DNA of 64,000 nucleotides from Amoebophrya sp. A120. Taxonomy: Eukaryota > Protista > Dinoflagellata. The position numbers and the translations under genes were made by a program. The notes beneath the pieces are model-generated. The model saw only the letters and a program-made list of their open reading frames with translations, made no database searches and had not been told where the DNA came from. How positions within the stretch are numbered: position 1 is the stretch's first letter; every line of letters starts with the position of its first letter. Shown in pieces: positions 50,401-61,900 of this stretch. The stretch covers positions 5,930,828-5,994,827 of the forward strand of contig CAJINV010000004.1 in assembly GCA_905178155.1 (NCBI GenBank). The letters run 5' to 3'.

Positions 50401-52537
50401 GAACATCGGCGTCTACTGCGGACGCAGCTGCTGTAATCATGCCTGTTTCTGCACCGAGAGCCTGCCCTTCTTCTTCTTCCTCGCCAGCCTCCTCTTCTAC
50501 CACCTTCGGAAGCAGCTTGTATTGCTCCGCCAGACTTGCGATTTCCTTGTCTGGGATCTGGGCCATGGAACTGGGGTCACGACGGTTCTTTCCCATAATG
50601 TTCTTCCGGTTGTTCGTGTTCCTTCCCTTCTTAACCAACGCCGCGATCTCGTCCTCCTCCGCGAGCAAATTCCTGGCGTACTGCCGCCATAGAATGTTTT
50701 CCTCCAACAAATTCAGTTCCGCTTCCATCTTACTCGCGGACGCCGCGATCTCGGTCAACCGCTCCTGCTTCAGCCGTTCCTGTTCGAGCAATTCCGCCTG
50801 TCTTTGCGCCTCCTCCAACTCTTTTTTCTTTCTCTGCCTCTTCCGCTCCTTCGCGGCACGGTGCGCCTCGGATTGGATATTGGTACCATTAGTTGGTGAA
50901 CTGTCATTGTCGTAGTCGGAGGAACCGGTCAGCATGTCGCTCATCTCCGCTTCCAAATCGGCGAGCATCTGCGCGTTTTGCCGCAGCTTCTCCTCCAATT
51001 TCCGCTTCTCCTCGGCTTCCTTCTTTTTCAAATATTCCTCCTCCTCACGCCTAAGTTCCGCCAAATCGTCGGCGTGCATGCCACTGTAAATCCCCCGGGC
51101 GAACAAAGGCATTGACCGGCGGTCGTCGCTGCGAGGCGAGTCTTCGTTGAGATCATTGGCCAGATTGTCTTCTCTGTTGTTCTCATCATCGTCTCCTTCG
51201 ATTCTCACGGTCTTATTCGTGGTATCTTTATTTCCACCTGCATCTTGGTCCTTGCTCACAGTCCTTCGACTCGAAACCAACCCGAGAATCCGCTCCTTCT
51301 CAATTCGGGTAAACAAACCATACTCTAACGCCTGTTCCCCAATGTTCTGCGCGAACTCGCCCAGAAACCGGTCCGATTCGCCGGCCTCCGACGCGGAGAT
51401 CACATTTTCCACCGAGGAGGTGCCTGTTTCGGGGCGGGCGGGGGCGGGTTGAGGCGCGGGGGGGACATCACCCGCTGCTTGCTCACCTGAAGCAGGTAGC
51501 TGTACTTGCACTGGGGAAGTAGATGCCGTTTGATGCGAGGCACTTGGTTCTTGAGCCGGCGCTCCCAGTCCTGCTCCTCCCGTCGCATCATCGTAGGGAG
51601 ACGGGAACGGTTTCACGACAGAGGGAGTCTGTGTCAAGGAGGGTGCCGTCTGTTGTTCCTCCATATTACCTGCAGCAGTAGGTACAGTCTCCTTGGAACT
51701 TGAGGAGACCAGGGCAGCTGCCGTAGCACTTCCATCCGCTGCTCCTGCGCCCGACGAATCCGGTCCTGGCGCAGCTCCACCTCCAAGAACGCTTGTCGTG
51801 GAACCCGAAACCACTGCTGCCTCCTTTGCATGAGGATCTGCGGCTTCTTGTGCTGCAGCCATTATTGCCTTCTCCTCCCGCCTTTTCTTTTCCTCTTCGT
51901 CCATCTCTTTCAGCTCCTGGCTGATGATGCTTTTCAGGGTAGTCGACGTGCTGGAGGCGGATTTCGCGTTGGAGGTCAGCGCGTTCCAGCTCGCGCCCTC
52001 CAAACTGCTCCCCACCGCCTGCTCATACTGCTGCTGTTGTCTCTTCGCCAGGTCGATTTGTTCTGCTTGCCGCGCGTCTATCAACGTTTGGTTTTCGTTT
52101 TCGTTTTCCTCCGTCACTTCCGTTATGTAGGCGGTTGTTGTTTGCTGGTCGTGGTGGTCGTGGTCACCAGCATCTTGCGGTCTTTGCACAGAGGATGATT
52201 TTTTCTTTTTCGCTCCTGGCAGTGGAAACCCTGTTGCGTTGTACGCAAGGGGCGCTTCCTCCACTACCTCGCTAATATCTTCCAATACAGGGACCACTTC
52301 AACTGGTTCCAGCTTGGTCGACCCCGCTGTGGGCTTCTGCCGCGCCACGTAGTGGTGGTGGTAGATGTGGTGGTGCACGATCACCGTTTTCAGCGCCTCG
52401 TTGTCCTTGGTCGGCGACCCCGTTTTCTTCTTCTTCGGGGGCGCGCGGTGCATCACCAGACCGGGGAGCAACATCCGGGACGGGGCGGTGAGGGCCGAGT
52501 TCGCGGACCGGGGTCCTTTCGTGTTCAGACCGTTCAT
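41466..52537 (-). CDS. Very large (~3314 aa) low-complexity/coiled-coil protein with a C-terminal EF-hand
   Basis: Span minus 5 introners (+TSDs) = 9945 nt, a multiple of 3; canonical EF-hand MFEQVDEDGSGEIEIEEFDKML; weaker loop FDSLDREGRGVIDLQIL; first exon 47116-52537. Confidence 0.8.
41897..42046. mobile_element. Introner, family A (reverse orientation)
   Basis: TSD gttgt; frame restored (EMNN|TGSTT). Confidence 0.92.
42091..42346. mobile_element. Introner, family G
   Basis: Family G TIRs; TSD ggtgt. Confidence 0.92.
43773..44045. mobile_element. Introner, family G
   Basis: Family G TIRs; TSD tcggg. Confidence 0.92.
44721..44876. mobile_element. Introner, family A (reverse orientation)
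   Basis: Family A TIRs; TSD actaa. Confidence 0.9.
46849..47115. mobile_element. Introner, family G
   Basis: Close copy of 43773-44045; TSD tgatc/tgatg. Confidence 0.92.
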
Positions 52538-53604
52538 CTTTAGGAGGAGAAGGTGTAGTTGTAGTAAAGTTGGTAGAACTACAAGAGGATGAGCCGTATA
52601 ATTTGGGTCGTCGTGTACGTGTACAGAAGTGCGGGGATCTTCGGGTCAAACTTACGGCGGTTCTATGGCTCTACGAATATTTTTTTCCGGGGGCTTACAC
52701 ATACAGTATAATCAGGGTAGATGGAGATTCGCATACAACTACGGGTAAGTAAGACTAAGAGTCAGTGTGAGTGACGTGGTGGTGCGTGCTCTGTTTCGAC
52801 GGTTGAAAGGGAATGTAGCTGTTGGTGTGCTTCTCCGGAACAAGGAGTGCGAGACTTTTACGTTTGCTTGTGTGCTGATTCATCATGCCGACGGAAGAAG
52901 GGGAGGCTTGAAAGGAACTTACAATAATCATCACGCGGCGGAACTGAAACACCAGAACGAAAGCTCAACGGAACGAATTGACGAATAGATCCTTTTTTCC
53001 AGATTTGTATGCGGACGAAAAGAAAGTGAAAGAACGCTACTACGGATGCTGGTTGTGGTTCTGTATCTATCAAATAGACGTAGAGGCAACGCACACGACA
53101 GGACGATTTGTTGTTGTTTTTGTACGATGATGAGCGTTCTTCGCGACGTGATCGTGAATAAAGACCAAATCTTTTACTTAATAGACGAGGACGAGGAAGA
53201 GATTGGCACGAAGAGAGAGAGAGAGCAACTACATCAACAACGACATAGGCTCTCAAAGATTTACGAAAACCGCGAAATTTCAAAATTTTATTTTTAACAG
53301 CTTTAAGAATCTGCGAAATTAGCAAATTTTGTTTTTGCAGACAACTACAACGTGACCTTGGATTATAGCCTGATATACGACTGAGCAGAGCGGTGGCACT
53401 GCTTTTTATTATTTTTCTGCGAATTTTCGAAGTCTGCCTTTTTTTTATCCGCGAAATCCGCGAAAATCTAAAATTTTATTTTTATTTGGGTCCAATGCAG
53501 AAGCAGAGTGAATGCGTCATCAAGAAAACCCGGCTTGGTTTCCGAAGCAACGGTTTTTTTGGCCGGCAAAAGCAAAACCGGTTCAAAAAAAGCAGCTCTC
53601 TTAT

Positions 53605-54060
53605 ACAATAAAGTGTCCCCGGTTCTCTTCAGGTCACGAACTGTACACGCCGTTGCTGCGGCTCGAAAGAAGCCACGGGCGCGTGGCCCCGAGCGCGGCC
53701 AAAAAGTGCCCCAATCTCTCTTCAAATCACGACCCGTAGACACCGTTTTTGCAGCTCGAAAAAAGCCCCGGACACGTCCGTGGCCCAGAGGGCGGCCAAA
53801 AAGTGCGCCAATCTCTCTTCAAATCACGACCCATAGACACCGGTTTTGCAGCTCGAAAAAAGCCACGGGCACGTCCGTGGCCCAGAGAGCGGTCAAAAAG
53901 TGCCCCGACCTGTCTTCAGATCAGGATATGTCGTCACCGTTTTTGCCGCTCGAAAAAAGCCACGGGCGCTTGGCCCGGAGTAGAGCGGCCAAAAAGTGCC
54001 CCAAGCTCTCTTCAGATCACAGCCCTTAGCAGCCGTTTTTGCGGCTCGGGCTCGAAAGAA
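53605..54060. repeat. Diverged tandem repeat, ~97-bp unit, ~4.5 copies
   Basis: aaaaagtgc... recurs at ~53701, 53798, 53895, 53991. Confidence 0.85.
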
Positions 54061-54088
54061 GCCGGTGCCCCGGGGGGGCGCTTTTTTC

Positions 54089-55420
54089 TCCGGGAAAACC
54101 AACACCATAGCATGCTGCGAGACGAAAAGTCCGCTGCTCGAAATGGCCCTCCGGGGTAGGGCCACTTTTTTGGCCGGCAAAACCGACACCATAGCATGCT
54201 GCGAGACGAAAAGTTCGCAGCTCGAAATGGCCCTCCGGGGAAGGACGGGCCACTTTTTTGGCCGGCAAAACCGACACCATAGCATGCTGCGAGACGAAAA
54301 GTCCGCAGCTCGAAATGGCCCTCCGGGGAAGGACGGGCCACTTTTTTGGCCGGCAAAACCGACACCATAGCATGCTGCGAGACGAAAAGTCCGCAGCTCG
54401 AAATGGCCCTCCGGGGAAGGACGGGCCACTTTTTTGGCCGGCAAAACCGACACCATAGCATGCTGCGAGACGAAAAGTCCGCAGCTCGAAATGGCCCTCC
54501 GGGGTAGGGCCACTTTTTTGGCCGGCAAAACCGACACCATAGCATGCTGCGAGACGAAAAGTCCGCAGCTCGAAATGGCCCTCCGGGGAAGGACGGGCCA
54601 CTTTTTTGGCCGGCAAAACCGACACCATAGCATGCTGCGAGACGAAAAGTCCGCAGCTCGAAATGGCCCTCCGGGGAAGGACGGGCCACTTTTTTGGCCG
54701 GCAAAACCGACACCATAGCATGCTGCGAGACGAAAAGTCCGCAGCTCGAAATGGCCCTCCGGGGAAGGACGGGCCACTTTTTTGGCCGGCAAAACCGACA
54801 CCATAGCATGCTGCGAGACGAAAAGTCCGCAGCTCGAAATGGCCCTCCGGGGAAGGACGGGCCACTTTTTTGGCCGGCAAAACCGACACCATAGCATGCT
54901 GCGAGACGAAAAGTCCGCAGCTCGAAATGGCCCTCCGGGGAAGGACGGGCCACTTTTTTGGCCGGCAAAACCGACACCATAGCATGCTGCGAGACGAAAA
55001 GTCCGCAGCTCGAAATGGCCCTCCGGGGAAGGACGGGCCACTTTTTTGGCCGGCAAAACCGACACCATAGCATGCTGCGAGACGAAAAGTCCGCAGCTCG
55101 AAATGGCCCTCCGGGGAAGGACGGGCCACTTTTTTGGCCGGCAAAACCGACACCATAGCATGCTGCGAGACGAAAAGTCCGCAGCTCGAAATGGCCCTCC
55201 GGGGAAGGACGGGCCACTTTTTTGGCCGGCAAAACCGACACCATAGCATGCTGCGAGACGAAAAGTCCGCAGCTCGAAATGGCCCTCCGGGGAAGGACGG
55301 GCCACTTTTTTGGCCGGCAAAACCGACACCATAGCATGCTGCGAGACGAAAAGTCCGCAGCTCGAAATGGCCCTCCAAGGAAGGACGGGCCACTTTTTTG
55401 GCCGGCAAAACCGGCACCAC
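54089..55420. repeat. Homogeneous 88-bp tandem satellite, ~15 copies
   Basis: Unit gccggcaaaaccgacaccatagcatgctgcgagacgaaaagtccgcagctcgaaatggccctccggggaaggacgggccacttttttg; two 84-bp variants (ggggtagggcc). Confidence 0.97.
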
Positions 55421-55539
55421 AACACACAGGCTGTAGTGAAAGGGATTTTTACAGAATGTCCTTCCTTGTGCACCTCGAAGAAGGACGATTCCACTTTGTC
55501 CTTGGACAGCCGGAAGCATATTGACTCAGTAAAAAATCG

Positions 55540-55606
55540 CTAATCCCCATGAGAAAAAATCGCTCGGACAACAGTTGTCCGAGCGATTTTTCTTTATGGG
55601 GATTAG
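55540..55606. repeat. Long palindrome/hairpin, copy 1
   Basis: aaaaatcgctcggacaac-a-gttgtccgagcgattttt core, extended by ctaatcccc/ggggattag. Confidence 0.9.
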
Positions 55607-55989
55607 GGGTCTTCATCCGGTAACTTTGGAGCGAGGTTCATGCCTCGTCCGGCTAGGAGGAGTCATAGGAGAACCATTGGTCGCACTGTTTTCGCGACCA
55701 CTATAAACTGCAACGTGTAGCAAATATCTTGCGGCGTACTCAATAAAAATGAAATTTTGGAATTTCGTGGATTTCGTACGTCAATAAAAATAAAAATTTG
55801 AAATTTCAAAATTCCCAATTACTAATTTCATTTCGTGTTGCTATTGGCCTCCTAGTATTAGTTGCGTGTGTTGTCCCGACACGAGGGAAAACAGCTTGCG
55901 AGGCACATGCCCCAACTTGTTCCGGGCTTGGGTGTGGGGAGGGGTGAAGTTATTTGCGGGACCACATTCGACCCTGTAAAATAAAATCG

Positions 55990-56055
55990 CTAATCCCACT
56001 GAGAAAAAATCGCTCGGACAACAGTTGTCCGAGCGATTTTTCCACATCATGGGGA
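55990..56055. repeat. Long palindrome/hairpin, copy 2
   Basis: Same 37-bp core as copy 1. Confidence 0.9.
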
Positions 56056-56307
56056 AGATTAAGGTTTTGATATTTGACGTCACTTCCCTGCGCACATCGG
56101 AGAAGGACAATTCCACCGTGCACAACGGGATTGTAGTCACTAAGATCTATCATTGGAACCACGAGCAAGTAAAAACACAAAGCCGGAAAAGTTGCAGAAA
56201 CGACAGCTCGTCCCTCTGGGAGAATGAAGGCTTGAACTTACTTGCTGTCAGCATCAATCAAATAATCCTTGTTTGCGACTGCGATATTAGAAACTTATCT
56301 GTCACGA

Positions 56308-57936
56308 TCAGTTCAAAAGAAACTCCGCAATCTTTTCCACGACAATATCTGTGTGCGAGGCGTGTGGCCAGTGACCTGCGCCGTCAATCGTGTCAATTGC
56401 GGTCTCGGGAAACATTTTTTGAAACTCGGGCAAATCTCGGTCCACTTCCACGTAGCCGCCGGCGCCGCCCCGCAGCACAAGACAGGGCGGCATCGCCGTT
56501 TTGTCGAGCGCTGAAATGTTGACCGCATCGACGATGTCTCCACCCTCATCAAAGAACCCACCGGCTAAACCTGGCCAATTCGCCAGCAGCGCAGGCAAGT
56601 TCGGCCTCCATTCCAACTTGGACTTGTCCTCCGCGGTAGCGAGGTTTTTCAGCAGAAAAGCGCGGAGGTTTTTGTCGGTGCTCAGGTCGTTCAGAACCTT
56701 TTCCACCATGGCTTGCCGAGCAGAGGCTGATGAAGAGGTCGTTTTCTCTAGCGTATTTACAGCCTGCATTCCATGCTGCCGGTAAAATTCTTCAAAGTAT
56801 CTCCCGGCCCGGTTCTCATCCAGTCCCTTCTGCAACCAGGCCTCGGCCGCTTTTCGCGAAGATAAGTGCGTGGTCCCGGCGGCTGCCTGCAGGTGACTCA
56901 GTAACAACACGTAGTAGTCCACGTTGTAGCGCCGCGGGGCGATATCCACGACGATTAACTTACGGACCAGATTTGCGTGCTTCAACGCGAACCGCATCGA
57001 CGTTTTGCCGCCCAGAGAATGCCCGATTATTGAAACCCTGCTTCGAGGTGTCGTAGAGCCGGTACTACTTGTATGACTGTCTACCAACCTTTTCAGATCC
57101 GCGACCATGGCCTCAAAGCTACTGTCCGGAGCGTGAAAGCTCTTGCCGTGGTTGCGCGCGTCGATGAGGATGAAATCCTTCCCGGGGACTTTCGCCGCGA
57201 GCTTCTTCGTGGCCGGCACCCAGTTGTCGGTGGACCCCAGGAGCCCCGGGAGAATGAACACTTTTTCCACATCGTCCGGGGGGTCGGCGGGCGTTTTACT
57301 CGGGATAGAACGGTGGAAAACCAGAGGGTGTTCCTTCGTTGGTATCGAGGCGAAACTCCTACCACTTCTAACACCTACTCGTCCTAGTACTCCCGACGTT
57401 GTAATTGGAGGTGGTCGATGATGACAAACACCGTTCAACAAGATGCTTCGCTCTGCGGTCTTTGTCCTATTCGACGAAGAAACCACGACACTGCAGCAGG
57501 CGCGTGGATAGTTGCAAGTACCGAAAAAGGTTCTTGAGGAAGAAGAGCACACGCTCGCCTGCTGTGGCATGCTGAGCACGATGTTACTCCCACGTGGTAC
57601 TGAAAGTCTTCCTGGGCGGTTCCATATTTCCTCCTGTCTGGGAAAATGAGTTGATGTAGTACGAACTGCCAGCGTGTCACTGTCACAGCGATTCAACGTC
57701 GTCGCGCGAAGACACGAGATGGCTGCTCCACCAGTCCTCGACGACGTCGACGCGCGCAGCTGTTTCATCAGCAACGTCGTGGGGAGATGAGGAACTAAAG
57801 GCTGGCGCATCTTCTTGCAGCTTGCACTTACTGGTTGTTGTAGGGCGAAGTTCAACAAACGCGCCTTGGCTTCGGTTATTCTTAGGAGGACTGAGCACGA
57901 CGCGACAAAAAGCAACAGCAGCGAACAAGCTGCCAT
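56308..57936 (-). CDS. Alpha/beta hydrolase, ABHD11/YbfF-like esterase, with a long N-terminal extension
   Basis: Motifs ILPGLLGSTDNW, DARNHGKS, GHSLGG (nucleophile elbow), VVDIAP, AGHWPH; intronless. Confidence 0.9.
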   Translation of the reverse strand: MAACSLLLLFVASCSVLLRITEAKARLLNFALQQPVSASCKKMRQPLVPHLPTTLLMKQLRASTSSRTGGAAISCLRATTLNRCDSDTLAVRTTSTHFPRQEEIWNRPGRLSVPRGSNIVLSMPQQASVCSSSSRTFFGTCNYPRACCSVVVSSSNRTKTAERSILLNGVCHHRPPPITTSGVLGRVGVRSGRSFASIPTKEHPLVFHRSIPSKTPADPPDDVEKVFILPGLLGSTDNWVPATKKLAAKVPGKDFILIDARNHGKSFHAPDSSFEAMVADLKRLVDSHTSSTGSTTPRSRVSIIGHSLGGKTSMRFALKHANLVRKLIVVDIAPRRYNVDYYVLLLSHLQAAAGTTHLSSRKAAEAWLQKGLDENRAGRYFEEFYRQHGMQAVNTLEKTTSSSASARQAMVEKVLNDLSTDKNLRAFLLKNLATAEDKSKLEWRPNLPALLANWPGLAGGFFDEGGDIVDAVNISALDKTAMPPCLVLRGGAGGYVEVDRDLPEFQKMFPETAIDTIDGAGHWPHASHTDIVVEKIAEFLLN

Positions 57937-58909
57937 CAAAAATTATACGTTACTACTAGGTCTTTTAGTATCTATCGATCCGTTCAGGTCTGTGTCGTCC
58001 AGGCTGCAACCTGCGAAATAGAGCTTCACATATACTTACTTTCGTGGGTCGCGATGCTGGGGCGCGGGGCGGGAGCGGAAAGTGCCCTTGATCTCTCATA
58101 GATGTCGCCGTCGGGGGCGCCAGCTTGTTGCTCTCAATTCGTCTTCAATCTGAGCACAGAATGCCGTGGAGGCTTGAACTCTTACCTGCCCAATTCTCGT
58201 CCCAGAGAAAACGACACTGTTGTGGAGCAGCCCACGCAACTTATCCCAATCAATGGAACATCGGAATCGAGAGCGACCGACAGAGGCCACAACACGAAAC
58301 AAAAGATACCGAAGGAAAAAAGTAAGCTTATGCTTTTACGCATCAGCTGCTCAATAATGGCATGATGCTAAAACTAAAACTTCTCTGTGACTCCTTCTTG
58401 AAAAAATCGTGAAAGTTGACATCTCGAATTCGAAATGACAGCCCAACTTTCATCATTTCTAGCCCCAATCTACATTCAAAATTAGCATGTAGAAAATTCG
58501 GGGTGTCCAATTTGTTTGTATAATTTGTTGCACTTCGTCTTTAATATTCGTGTCATTCTTGTGATCATTGAGAAAATCGGAAAGGAAAAACAAGGGTTTT
58601 TCATCGCAAAATATAAATATGCCGATTCAAATTTATAAACGGCAAACTCCCGAATCCGAAAACAATTAGCGGAGTGCTGAGCAAAAACTCACCGCCACCA
58701 TCCGTAGGGAGCTTGCTTTGCCACCCGGACGCGGCAATTTCGTTTCTATTTTTCGTTTCTTCGAAAGAAGTATCGATGGATATCGTATCGATGCAGCCCG
58801 CCTGAACTTAGATTTATCACGGACGGAGCTCGGTTTTTCTTACATCTAGTTTCGTGCGCTACAACACTTTTCCAGCCTGTATAATCTACTTCTCCTCCCG
58901 GCTATTTTT

Positions 58910-61900
58910 CTACTCGAAAAATTCGTCATTGAAGATCTGGTCCATTTTGTTGAGTGCCGGTGCCTCCGCGCCAGTAGTTGCACCTCCACCCGGCGCCGCC
59001 GACGGGCCGACGTCCAAGGTAAGCGCCGATAAATCGTCAATCATGTTAAAGTCGCTGGAGCTCGTTTCAGAGGACTGCTGCGCGGAATTCGGGTCAACTA
59101 CCGCTGGAGGCGCTGCAGGGACGGTCACTCCTGTGGCAAGGGGTGCAACTCCGTCGATTGTTGCCGGAGCTGCTGCTGCTGGGGGAGGTACAACTGGTTG
59201 AGGAGCTGTCTCACCTGCTGCTGTCGGTTGAACTTCTAGAGAGCTAGCCGGAAACACCGCACCATTCTGGGAGTCCGCGGTCGAACTACTGGATAGTGTG
59301 TCGGGTAGTTTCTGTGCAACCGCCGGCACCGGTGCCGGATCGTCGTCAAAGAGCCCTTTTTTCACGGCGAGGCTTGTAGCCGCGGCACTGGCGCTGCTAG
59401 AACTAGTTGCGGCGGTAGTTTCCATACTGTTTGTCGTATTTGCGATCGAAAAATCTCCGATCGGTGGAGGAACTGCCCCTACTGCAGCGGTAGCAGATGC
59501 CGGAGACGACCCCGCTGCTGGGACCCCCGACTGAGATGTTGACACGAATGCGCCCCCCGGCGCCGTGGCTGGGCTGCTCACAACTCCGCTTCCCGGCTGT
59601 CCTAATTGCGACAAATCGTAGTCCAGTTGCGTCAAATACTGCCCAAGTGACGCGATGGTCTGCCGCAAGTTCTGGCGGTGCTCGACTTCCGACTCGAGTA
59701 GCCGGCTGATCCCCTGCATCTTCGTTTCCAAAACGCCACTCCGCGCGCCCAGATCCTTGCTGGCACGCATCAAGTTGGACAGACCTAAATTTTAATTTAT
59801 TCGCGGTGGGCGACGGAGAAGGTGTGCGTGAGCCGTCGGGGTGAGGTCATAGAGTTTTTTTTTCATTTCATCTTTAGAACAAGTGCTTTGAAGGACGCCG
59901 ACCTCCTGGCACATACGCTGCATCAAATCGATTGACTACTACTTTTACCCTCGTGACGTTGCTGGATCTCCGCTTGTGCCCTGCGCAGCTGGTCCGCCAC
60001 CCCGGTTTCGCTCTGGTGTGCCTGCCGCATGAGCTCGTCCCGGAGATTCTTCTGCGAGGTGTAAAGGTGCCGCTCGGACTCAAAATCCACCTTCAGCTCT
60101 ATGAGGGTGCACAACCCCGACCCCCCATCCGCCTCATTTGTATGTTGGCATGAACAGCAATACAAACACCAGTACACGTGGAATTTTTGCATGACAAATT
60201 TCAATACCTGATGTAGTACTGTTTTGGCTTCTGAAATTTGTCATGCAAACAGTGCCACAGGGCAGCAACTGGGTTTTGGGTTTTGCATGACAAATGAGGG
60301 GTGAAGGGAGTTGTGCACTGACATAAGCTCTGCCAGCTTTCCGCCCGCGGTGGCCTTCTTGCCGTCCACTTGCAATAGAAATGCTTCGTTCTCGTTGATC
60401 TGCCGCTCCAATCTGATAAACGGTCATTTTGTTTTATTTCAACTCTTCGTCGACATATACATATTGTTTTTCTCACAACATGATCTTCAAGAAACACAAT
60501 GATGTGTACAACAACGACCAATTCGCTGACCTCGTCTACCTTGCCAGCATCAACTGCACAACTGCTCGACGCAAACAAAATAAAAATTTTCATATACAAG
60601 CTGACTTCCTCCTGCAGCTTCCTCGGATCGAAATTGCTAAGTTGCGCCAAGTGTTGATTCAGCGCTACTTCCTGCTGCTTCCAGTGGGCATGCTCCACTT
60701 TGACCTGCTGTGCGCGTCCCTGGGCCGCAACGGCTAAGCCAGCGGCAGTGAGGTAGGGGTCTAGAGGATGTGGAAAAAGTTCCAGGATCTTTATTTTTCG
60801 TACAAGTAGTACATCAGCGTGGTACACTAATTGTAATTGATACGCAGCAAGATAAACGCAGCCCCTCCGCCTTGGCAGCTGAGAAGTACTATAGCAAGAT
60901 TTCGAAAACGCTTTCGCTTGTTCATCTATACCTATGTTCAATTGATCCCCTTGCTGCACCTTCATGTGGACCATCGCGAGCGTTTTTTGCCTTTCCTGCA
61001 CCTGTTCCAGGCGTTGCCGGATCTGCGTCGCTTGATCCTGGGACCCCGCGTTTCCGAGGTTTTGCTGCTTCGCCTGCAGCATCTGTTTCTGGGTGGCGAC
61101 CAGCCGTTTTTTCTGCTCGGATTCCACGTTATGCACTGCAAAAATGTCTGGGTCTGGAAGGTTGGAACTTGTAATACTAGCTCTACATTCCTGGGAAATC
61201 TGTATTGCATAACCAACAAAAGCCGCAGCCTCTTTTGTCATGCAAAAACGCAGTTTCTCATGCGGATTGCCTATGAGAAAGCGTTTTGGGAAATTGTCAT
61301 GCTGGACTGCATTCGGAAGTGTTTTCATCATGCACATTTTAGCATCACAAGTTTCCAGACCCAGACATTTTTGCATTTGATACACGTTCAATTGCTGCAA
61401 CCCGCGTTCCAGGTCCTGGATCTGCTTCTGCTTGGCTTGCAGCGACTGGGTCAGCTCTTGCAACTTCCCATCCTTCTCGCCAAAGTCCCTCTTTTGCTCC
61501 GCAGCCTGACCATGCGTCACCTCGAGGCCCGCAAGCCGCTTGATGTACTGATCGCGCTCCGTATCACAAGGAAAAGCGTTAACATCAACGGTTTTCACAA
61601 ATTGCAGTCATGCATCACAAATGTAGCCCAATATGCATGCTATGCATTACAAATTTTGGCATGTTTATGTTTTGCGATGTATTGCTGCATCACAAATTCC
61701 GTTCACGTTAACACTTTTTGCTGGGATACTCCGCGTCGGAAAACGTGCGCAGGTTCAGTTCCCCCCGACAGTTCTCGGCGATGCGCAGCAGGTCGCCCGC
61801 GTAGTCATCGTTTTGCTTCACCGACGTTTTCAGCTCGCCCTGGATGGACAAATACCTGTCGTGTAGAGAGTAAGTAGGGAGATGACAATTCATAAACGAA

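Noticed and set aside
3132-52592. Numerous + strand ORFs (e.g. 14597-15592, 26846-28057, 48938-50203)
   Set aside because: Antisense shadows of GC-rich - strand exons, with no recognisable motifs.
54089-55420. CRISPR array
   Set aside because: The units are identical end to end with no variable spacers, there are no cas genes, and the context is eukaryotic.
53893-55543. Long ORFs (471-533 aa) in the satellite
   Set aside because: Artefacts of a stop-free 88-bp unit; all three - frames give the same cycling peptide.
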